Of a stretch of 64,000 nucleotides of DNA, positions 45,609 through 55,334 are shown piece after piece. Every line of letters begins with the position of its first letter. Positions within the stretch are counted from its first letter, which is position 1. The DNA is from Vitrella brassicaformis CCMP3155 (Eukaryota; Protista; Chromerida): assembly GCA_001179505.1 (NCBI GenBank), contig CDMY01000262.1, positions 62,001 through 126,000 of the forward strand. Direction: 5' to 3'. The notes below the pieces were generated by a model that worked only from the letters and a program-made list of their open reading frames with translations, was not told the DNA's origin and did not search any database. Both the position numbers and the translations under genes were made by a program.

Positions 45609-48600
45609 TCACGTCGAGGGGAAGATACGGCTGCGGCGGCCCTTGAGTGAGAGGTCCACGACGAATGTCTCAGGCACAGGGGGCGACGACGGTGGCGTGA
45701 GGGCATCGTCCACTGCCCTTGGGGGGTGGTCCTCCGCCCCGTCCTGTGTCGACTGCAGGGCGTCCCTCAGCGTCCCCTGGAAGCCCTTGCTTCCTCCTTG
45801 TGTCTCATCGCCTTCCCGTCGGCCCACGCTGGTCTTCCTGGCACGCCACCCGGCAGCCCTCGACCGCCGGTAGCGTGTCTGGGGCGAGGAGTCCGAGAGT
45901 TCTTCGCCCGAGCTGCCGGACCACGTGTACCCCGCCCCTGCCACAGGCGACCACTCCTCGCTGTCTTCCTCCATATCAAGTGTGAGCGTCATGGGCTTCA
46001 GAGGCCGGCGTCGCGGCTTACGACGAGAAGGTTTTCTGGCCGGCTTCGGTGATGGCCCACTCTCCTCTCGGCGCGTGTCGACTGCGAGGGTCTGATATTC
46101 ATCCTGTCTCGTCTCGGCTTCTTTTTTGATGCCTCTCAGCAGCACTTGTAAGGCGTCTTCCATCCCCACTTCCCCATCGTCAAACTGAACCGGCTTCCGT
46201 GCAGCCCTCGCCCTTTGCCGCCTCCTGTTCTTGCTGATGAGCTTCACAGGCCGGGGCTCAATCTCCATCTCGTCTGCGCCCTCCACGTGTCTCGCCTGCG
46301 TCTGCCCCACACCGCCGACCACAGGCAGGTCGGAATCACTGCCCGAGCCCTCTGCGCCCTTCTTCGCCTTGGCTGCTTTGCCGAGCGCACCCACTGACCG
46401 CGCAGATGGCGGCCCAGGACGAGCGGGGGGGCTCTCGTCGGCCAGCTGGGACATCATCTGCGGCGAGGGGGCTGCCGAGGGCATGATGCCTTGCATGGAA
46501 GGGGGGTTGAGCAGCTGCACGCTTCTGGGGTGCATGCCACCCCACCGTAGAGGCGTCCCCGACTTCCAGCTGGCGTCGCTCGTCAAGACCACGCTGCCGC
46601 TCTTCTGCTCGGGCGGCACTGCAGAGGGCGCCAGGAAGGACTCCACCTGGGGGCTGATTCTGGTGGCTCCAGTGGCCCCATCGCTCTCTGTGACAGCCAC
46701 CACAGATACCGATGGCCAGTCCTCCAAAGCCAGCGGGCGAGACTCGTCACGAAGAATCGACGGCTCAGCTGGTATGATCTCCGGCCCTGCCTGGGGTTGC
46801 GCAGGTAGTTCTGGCCGACGTGGTCTCTTTGCCTCTGTGACCGCTGGTAGGGAAGCTGTCGCCTCGAGCAGCTCCCGTGATCGGCCTTGCACAAGAAGCT
46901 GAACAGGCTTTCTTGTGGGAGACGTGACTGGACGGCTGGTCGTCCGCGGCAGGGACATTTGCGTCAGGAAGAGGCCGCCATCGCCCTCATCGGCGGAGGA
47001 GTCCTCTGCTGCTGCTGCTTCCTCTCCCTCCTCGTATTCCGCCCTGGCGGCTGCCGCTGCGGCTGCTGCAGCCTCCTCTAGCGCCAGGGCCTCTTGCAAG
47101 AGGATGGACTCCGTACGGTCGGTGGCCGCTTCCTGCGATCTGCCGTATAGCGAGCTCAGCGGCTGCGGGACCTCCCTCAACCTCGGCGCCGGCATGACCC
47201 TGGCCGCCTCAGACCTCTCCCGGCTCCTTATCGGTCTCTCTGCGATAAGTGTTTCCTCTTCCTTGCGATCGACTGACGGTCTGTCCTCGAAGAGCTTGTC
47301 GAGGTTCTTCAGTCCTCCCAGGTCAGACCGCCGCCTCTCTTCCAGCCGGACGGACATCCCCAGCACGCCCTCCCCCGCCGCCACTGCCTTCTTGTCCTCC
47401 TGCTCCCCCAGTATCGTTCCCAATGTAGCCCGTCTTGCGACCTTCGACCCGGGCAGCTGTGTTGGGCTGACGGGAGGCAGATCGGCCGCAATCACCTTTT
47501 GCGACAGACCCGGCTTGGCCCGTCCGCTTTCATAGTCGAGCAACGGCTGCAGCAGGGACTTGCCCCTCTGCAAGTCCCGTTTCTGAGGTGATCTGTCCGG
47601 CGACTGGAGCGAAGGAGGTCTTTGCCTTCTCTCGCCAAAGGACAGCTGCTGCACGAACTCAGGGATACGGGCCTCACCAGCGACCTCCAGTGATGTCTCC
47701 TCTGCCTCAGGGGCCACTGGGACGGCTGCTGCTGAAGGGGAAGGTGGTTCGCCAGGTAGAATCGCAGAACGGTCCTGGGTCGCACTGAAGTCGTCAAATC
47801 CGACTCGACGTCGCTCACGGGAGTCTAGCCGCTCAGGCCTGGATAATTCACCAGGCATTTGATCGGCAGCAAACCTCAGCTCTGCCTCTGATCGTGACCG
47901 TCGACGCAGCCGGCGGTCTTCCTTGTCCGTGTCCACAAGATCCACAGGCAGCCCCTCCCGCGTCCCTTGTCTCACTGCTGACCTTAGGGTGCCGTCGTAG
48001 CCGCCCCGCAGCGTACCTTGGTACACTCGAGCCTCCACATCGCCGCCCAATATCTTCCCATCTTCCTTCTTGACTTGCCGTGCGCTTGCCAGAATGCTCG
48101 TTCGGGACTTGCGCACCGGTGTCCTTGCAAGGCGGTCCAGAGGTGACATAACCTCCTGCTCTGAGGTATCCACCGTCCCTTTGAACTCCACCCGTGACCG
48201 TCCTGCCCTCAGGCTGGGTCGAGGTATCCGCTGCTCCGACTCAGGTGAGAGTGTGTCCACCGCACTCCGGGGGGAAGTCACGTCGCTGCGAGCTGATGGA
48301 AGCCGTTGCGGTGCTGCAGGCGTGCTCCGCAACGACGGTGTGCCAATGTGTGCAGGCACCGACACGCTGAGAAGGTCGCCCGATATGTCCGTCTGGACTC
48401 CCTTGCTGCGGACCGACACGGGACGAGGGGGCACAGGCAGAGCTACCGGTACGGCAGGTGGCGCGAGACGCACGACTCGACTCCCAGAAGGGGTCTCTCG
48501 CCGCACACGGCCGCCTTGGGGAGTAGGCAGCTGCTCAGTCGCCTCTGGTTGGACAAAGGCCGTGCCACCCGTTGGAGATCGACTGCAAGAAGGAGACGAG

Positions 48601-51600
48601 ACACTCTTAATCTCGATGCCAGATGAGTACAATGATGCTCACCTCACCCTCTTATTTCGAATAGGTGGCCGCTGGGCGGCGACTCCGGCCTGGTCCCAAC
48701 CGTCAGCATCGACGTCCGAGACCTTTTCATGGCTTTGCTGACATCTGCTGGAGATGCCGGCTGAGTGCGGGCGGTTGCCGGGGGACTCACGAGGCCCTGG
48801 AAGGAATCCATTACACAGGAGGTGATGGCATTCGTTCGTCATGTCCACTCCGTCAATGACTCACTATTGTCACGGTTTCCGCTGGTGGTCCCGTCGGCGT
48901 GAGGGGGCGGCTGCCCGGCATGGATGCAGGCAGTGACCTGCTGGCAAGCTCTCCGGGAGAGACTGGAGGTGCCAGTGTCTCGGGGCTGAGCGGCCGCTTG
49001 GGGCTTCTGCGGGCACTTGGAGAGAACAAATCCTCGAAATCTCCCGTCCTTCGGCCACTTGGAGACACGATCGCACCTGTGGCACAGCCAAGACAGACGT
49101 GCATTCAGTAGATGCCGGCTTGCACCCGAGGCTTCACCCGATGGTTGCGATCGAAGCATGGAACCTCCTCCCATGAAGGTCGTTGTTGCTCGGTAGAGTG
49201 ACGGTCTACCCTCCTCACCCTCTGCTTCGCCGAGTGCTGTGGATGAGCCGAATTCGCCGGAGAGCATGCGCATGACACCGGGAGTCGACGGAGAATACAG
49301 AGGCCGATCGTCACTCCAGTCGTTCTGCCGTGCGGCGACAGTCACCAAGACCGCCAATTCATTACTACTTTACTTTGTTGCGCTTACCACTCGGTCCGGC
49401 CTGCTGGTGAGGTCGGCCTGCTTGAGCCATTTGTAGAAAGCAATTGCGATGAGCGATCGTGCTGTGGCGTCCGCGTGGAGAGTCTCGTCCATCCCACATT
49501 TCTCCGCCCGTCGGATGAGCCGCTTCTCCACCGACACCAGTCCCAGCTGCAGGCGAAACTCGGCTGGGTTGCGATATGTCAGGCCCACGGGGCGGCCACC
49601 AGCCTTCCTCTTAGCCTGTGCATGAGTAGCACACGTCAATAAGTATATGGCAGGAGGGGCTGTGTTCCGTGTCGGTCAGCATTCATAGCTCACGAGAAAC
49701 TTGGTGAGGCGAAACAGGTGCGATCGCATAAGTCTGCAAGGGCACGAGAGACCAGGCAAGCAGATGTCTCTCCACTGGTTGGCTGCCTGCCGGCGATCTC
49801 ACTGGTTGGCTGCCTGCCGGCGATCTCACCTCTTGAAGACATCGGCTTGCATGAGGGCCTCCATCCGCAGACGCATCAGCTCCTCAATGTCCATGCCCTG
49901 CAGCTCCTCTGCGCTCATGTGTGTGAAAAGCAAACAGGCGAATGGGATAAAGCTTTATGGCAATCGAGTCGCACTTCTTACCGGGGCTAAACCTGAAGCG
50001 TTTTCTTTCTGTGCCGTCTGGTCGCCGCAGCATTCCGGCTTTTGCCGCCAGCTCCTGCTCTTCGGCAGCCGCTTCTCGCTCCCGTAGCCTCCGCTCATCG
50101 ACGGCAGTGAGAGACCGATCCAGCCTTGCCCCGACTGTTCGGCGGCGCTTCTCCGCCTCCCTGAAGGCTTCGAGGCCTTCTATGTCGCGATCGCGATCGG
50201 CTGATGTCTCCCGCAGGTCGGCCTCCCTCCGTTCCAGGGACATCTGCACGAAAGCAGTATCAAGATTATTCTCTCGCCTGATAGTGGTGCATTCTCCTGA
50301 CCTCCATAACACGCAGACGCGCCAACTCGTTATCGGCTTCGAGACCCTTCCTGAGCAGCTCCTCGATCTCTTTAGCACTCTTGCTGCGATCAGAGGAGAG
50401 GCAGTGCTGCTCGCTGCCTGACAGTGTAAGAGTCTGAGAGTCCTTCCATACCCCTCTAGTCCGAGCTTCTTCGCTAGCGCTCTACTGAGACCGGCCATCC
50501 CACCCTTCCCGAAGTCTTGCGGGCTGCATGACCAACAGGATAGTTGTCATTTTCCGCTTATCATCGATTGGACATATCGCGCTCACGCAATCTTCATCAT
50601 TGTCGCATTGGCCTTCTCAAATGTGCTGTGCAGGTCAACAAAGTTCCTCTGGCGGAAAGCCAAATTGGTTGTCTGACACAGCACAGCACAGTTCCGAAAA
50701 ACAAGAAACTTGCCAATAGTCGAGTCGGGCCGTCAGTGGCTTCTCACGTCTCTCAAGCTGTACGCCTCCCACCCTGGCAGGCTTCCTAGCGGCGGCAGGG
50801 CCTCCAGTGGCGGCAGCTCCACTAAACTCTGGAGGGCGTCGGGCAGATCGGATGCGTCCCCGCCTGCCGCCAGGTACTTGAGAATGAGGTTCTCCTTGCG
50901 CGTGACCTCAACCGTCGACTGCAGCTCGGTGATGGTATCGTAGGCATAGCCAAGCTGACAAAGAGAGAGGACGCGGATGGACCGTGTGTCGTCGAAGGCG
51001 TGTATCGAGATGCTCGTGTCTCACGTCATCTTGGAGGTTCTCATATGCTGTCTCCAGGGCCTTGGTGTTGGCCGTCAGAAGGTCCGTCTTGCCCGCCTTG
51101 AGAAGCAGATTCTCCTCTATCACTGTCTGCCGCAAAGAAGACCGATCGACAGTCACGACCATCATTCTTTGGTGTGCCTCCACATCTGCCTCTGTACCTG
51201 CAGTGCGGATTCCAGTCTTTGCATTCTGACGGCCATGGCCCTCTTGTGCGCCAAGAGCTCTTGCTCCATCTTGGCCCGCAGTTCTTCCACTGCTGCAAAG
51301 TACTCTACGGGCGTCTCGCCTCCAATGGGCGCTCCTCTGCATTTGTACACTCAGAGAAAAACCGATACGATTCGCCATCGATTAGCCATTTGCTCCGCCA
51401 TCGTTTGCCTTACGGGGTGGCCCGCAGCTGCTGCTGTCTCGTTTCGAGCACCTCCTTCTCAAGCTGTGTCCGTAAGAGGGAACTAGATGCGCAGAGGGGT
51501 TCGTTGGTGTCTCTTTGGCGATCAAGTCCCACCTTGATCATGTTGACTTCCATCGTCCTGAGTTTGCGTTCCCTCTCGTCGACCTCCTTCTTTAGCAGAG

Positions 51601-52568
51601 TGACCAGCTTTTGCAGCCGGTCGACCTCGCCCTGCAACTCAGCCTTCATCCGCTCTTGCTGCAGCTGAAACTCCGCATCGCTTACGTCCTCCACATCCTC
51701 AATCCCTGACACACCGCGACACACGCCGAAGGACATGTAAGTAAGAATGAAGCAGAACTCTTCAACGAGACACCCGACCTGCGTAGAAGTGCACCTTGAC
51801 CCCTTCTTGTGTGTACATCCGGATCAAGTTCATCAGGTGGCTCAGCTCCAGGAGATACTGCCGCCGCAGCTTCCTTATCTGCAGACGAAGCTCATCGATC
51901 CGCCCCTCCTGCCTATCGATGACGCCCATCTGCTCCTCAAACACGGTCAACACCACCTGGTAGTCGCTGTAACAGAATGACGGAGCGGCAGGCTCTGTCC
52001 CTCTTGCATAGCCATGCCCCCCGTCAGTGTTGCGAGCAGGGACTGACGCAGAGGACATCAGCTCTGGCATGGAGATCCGGCGGGCGCTGATGGCGTCGGT
52101 CGAGGTCTCTGCTTGGGTGAGAGGGAGAGGGGCAGGCACAGCAACAGGGGCAGGAGCAGGGGGCGGAGGGGCTTCCGACGGCATCGAACTAAGGAGTTGG
52201 CTGGCTGTCGATGTAGTCGCCGCCACGTCTTGCACTGCCCAAGCATGCCACTCCCTCAAATCACTCGAGAAGCGCGCCAAAGGCTGCAAGAGGTGTTCGA
52301 ACACTGTCATGAAGTTGTCCTTCATCGCCCGCCAGTCATAAGGGTTGCGTGTCCACAGGTAGCGCTGCTTCTTGAAGAGCCGGGTGACCTCACGATGGAA
52401 GGTCTGCCTGAGAAGGTCGAAGCACCGCAGATGGTTCCTGCGGAGCTGCGTGCGGAAGTTGATGACCGCTGCGTTGTCCTTGGCCGCCTGCCGCCTGGAC
52501 TTTCTGCTGTTGAGGATGACTCTGGCATCGGTCTTCCTGCTGGAGGGAAGGGGGCGGATGGATGTCAT
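45609..52568 (-). CDS. Very large hypothetical protein: N-terminal coiled coils, long Ser/Pro/Arg/Glu-rich disordered C-terminus
   Basis: The exon chain runs from MTSIRPLPSSRK (52568) through coiled-coil exons (EQMGVIDRQEGRIDELRLQIRKLRRQYLLEL; LQGEVDRLQKLVTLLKKEVDERERKL; ERRLREREAAAEEQEL) to a ~3-kb open terminal exon (45609-48632). Internal exon boundaries are only partly resolved. Confidence 0.7.
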
Positions 52569-52837
52569 TTGGAGGGTCGATCGCAGAAAGGTGGATCAGT
52601 CACTCTGCAGTCTCCATGCAGTACTCCAGTCGGTGTGTCGGCTGCTTTCTCTCGAGGGCCGGGGGGGGCTTAGCGAGCTGGGAAGCTGATGGTCGAAGGG
52701 AGGCCTGAAGCAGGCTGTGGAACGAAGAGCTTGTCAACATTCCTTGGCCACCGATTCTCTGCGTTTGCTTCTGGCATTTTCTTGCGAGCCGAGGATCGCC
52801 GCCGTGCAAGCTTAGCCTTGCGAATCTGGTGCGTGTG

Positions 52838-53284
52838 ATGGGCAATTGGAAGGTGGCGTCGGGCCGTTCCAAGAACTTCTTTCGAGTAGTGTGCGGCGGC
52901 TGCAGATATGAGACGACGACCGACGGCGCGGCGCAGCTCATCGTGCAGAAGCACTTCCCGCAGATGATGCGGGAAAACTACACGGGCACCGCCCCGTTTG
53001 TGGCCGCACGCTTCTGCGAAACCGTCAAGATCTTTGACAGAGCGCCCTCCTGGAAACAGGCGAGTGAATGCCACAAAGTAATTGAGCAATGCGCCAGGAT
53101 GCCGTTGGTCTTTTCTTTCTGTTGTATGGTTCAGCGAGTGGGTCAGCTCTATGGCATGAAGCCGCCTGCACTGGATTTCGTTCGGAAGCTGAATGGCGGC
53201 AAGATCCCCTGCCCCAAGTGTGGCGCTGTGGGGCAGTGGAAGGGCAACGCCGATACAGAGATGAGGACAGACATCCCAAGATAG
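52838..53284 (+). CDS. Small intronless hypothetical protein with two CxxC pairs (possible Zn-binding)
   Basis: MGNWKVASGRSKNFFRVVCGGCRYE...KIPCPKCGAVGQWKG. Balanced composition, unlike the GC shadow ORFs. Divergent from the 52568 gene. Confidence 0.55.
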   Translation: MGNWKVASGRSKNFFRVVCGGCRYETTTDGAAQLIVQKHFPQMMRENYTGTAPFVAARFCETVKIFDRAPSWKQASECHKVIEQCARMPLVFSFCCMVQRVGQLYGMKPPALDFVRKLNGGKIPCPKCGAVGQWKGNADTEMRTDIPR

Positions 53285-54261
53285 ATTGATGATAGCTGAA
53301 CCGGTCGACGGTCGTGTCGTGCAATCAAATGATCTGGACAATGTGTAGTGTACAGAATGCATGAAGGGACACGCCCGCCCGTCTATCATCTGGCCACACA
53401 GGACTGATATGCAGCACGTTACGGGTCATCATCCACTCACTCGACGTTTTTCGAGTTTTCATGTGAGCCATACGTACACGCAGCCACCAACTCACTGCAC
53501 AGGAGGGGAAATGAAAAACGGGATCCGACTGAAGGAAGGAAACATCGACACCGACGGCACTCGACGGCCGTCACGACAAATAAATGTGTGCATCCAGACA
53601 GCCATGTCACAGCTCTATGTACGCAGCTACACGTACAAAAAAACACCATCAGAACGTCATGTACCCTTTGTATCGGTTGACAAAGAATCGGTTGGCTCTC
53701 GTGAGGTATAGACAGACAGACAGACAGACAGACAGAGGGGGTCGGTGGATAAGGCGGGGTACCCGAGCCATTGCCAGTAGATGTTTGTATGCACAGACAG
53801 ACAGAGAGAGAAGGGCGGGCCAGGCGAACGGGGAGTGAGTGAACGGCAGGACGGCAGCCAGCTAACTCGGTAAGTCAGTCGGTCGGTATGGACAAAGTCG
53901 GTCAGGGAAGGCTCAACACGACTGGCCGCCGGCATTCCGTCCACAACGTCACACACACGCACACACACACACACCCCAAACAAAAAGACTGATCGTGGCA
54001 AAAAGGGCCGGCAGGCGACAAACCAACAGGTGGATGGGATGAACACAAAACTTGTCGGCCGACTCACCTGCGCCCCACTCACCGCAGCGGCGCCCTCAGC
54101 TACATCTTGCCCCACGGCTGGGCTGCCTAAGCTGTCTCCCTCTCTCCCCCCTCTCCCTCGTCCCTTCACACAAACGCACAGCTATACACTGACTGACACA
54201 TGGCCCAGCTGCCAGCAGACACACACACTCAGCCAGCTGAGCCTCAGCCTCTCTCATTTCC

Positions 54262-54795
54262 TTACTTATCGCTGCCCTCCCCGTTGCTGGTCGACCCCTC
54301 CCNNNNNNNNNNNNNNNNNNNNNNNNNNNNNNNNNNNNNNNNNNNNNNNNNNNNNNNNNNNNNNNNNNNNNNNNNNNNNNNNNNNNNNNNNNNNNNNNNN
54401 NNNNNNNNNNNNNNNNNNNNNNNNNNNNNNNNNNNNNNNNNNNNNNNNNNNNNNNNNNNNNNNNNNNNNNNNNNNNNNNNNNNNNNNNNNNNNNNNNNNN
54501 NNNNNNNNNNNNNNNNNNNNNNNNNNNNNNNNNNNNNNNNNNNNNNNNNNNNNNNNNNNNNNNNNNNNNNNNNNNNNNNNNNNNNNNNNNNNNNNNNNNN
54601 NNACTGGCCGCCGATGAGGGCCATCAGCAACCATATCGACGCAAACAGCGCCTGCAAACAAAGCGAGAGCCAACACAACACACCACCAGACAACAGAATG
54701 TCTGTCTGCAGCTCTCCACGTACGTATCTCTCTGTGTGTCTCTCTTGGCTCACCAGCCCGAAGAAGTAGAGGCCGGGGTGCTGCACGCCTGACAT
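54262..54795 (-). CDS. egh: Second egghead-like GT2 copy (only first exons and last codons visible)
   Basis: MSGVQHPGLYFFGL|ALFASIWLLMALIGGQ...(gap)...EGSTSNGEGSDK* matches both ends of the 40754-44301 protein. Confidence 0.75.
   Translation of the reverse strand: MSGVQHPGLYFFGLVSQERHTERYVRGELQTDILLSGGVLCWLSLCLQALFASIWLLMALIGGQXXXXXXXXXXXXXXXXXXXXXXXXXXXXXXXXXXXXXXXXXXXXXXXXXXXXXXXXXXXXXXXXXXXXXXXXXXXXXXXXXXXXXXXXXXXXXXXXXXXXXEGSTSNGEGSDK
54303..54602. other. Assembly gap (300 N), smaller than the ~3.3 kb expected from the paralog
   Basis: Run of N between sequence homologous to ~44260 and ~40930. Confidence 0.95.
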
Positions 54796-55334
54796 GTCTG
54801 CCGTTCGTCCGAGTCAGCGGCTCACGCGAAGACAGCTGTGATGAGAAGGGAGGGACTCAGCAGCACAGCAGCAGGCTCTCTCGCTGACAAAGGGTATCGA
54901 TCTCTGGCTGACACAAGCAGGCTTCGGGAGAACGGGCTGCAGATGGACTGAAGCTGCTGTGCTGTGTGGTGGATGGCGGCTGCTGTGGTGCGCTGTGTGG
55001 CGGGGGGTCACGACAGCCGTGCCGCTCCGCTCTGTCTTCTCACTCTCTGTTTTGTCTTCGCGAGGAGAGATGCGCGAGCTGCAACGTTTCACGGCGGCGC
55101 GAGGGCACGCTCTTTTGCGAAGGTGGCCGCGGCTCTTGTGCTTCGGTCGTCGGTCGGCTGCCTTCTGTTGGGCTCACAGATCAGTGCTTTCCGGCTCGTT
55201 TTGCTGCGAGCTAAGAAAAATCGCTTGACCGTTGGCACAGCGTACGAGAGGCACACCGAAGCAGAGGTCTGCACTCTCTCGGTTGGATGGTCTGATGCGG
55301 GGGGCCCGGCGATGTGCGACCCCTACCCCCCGCA

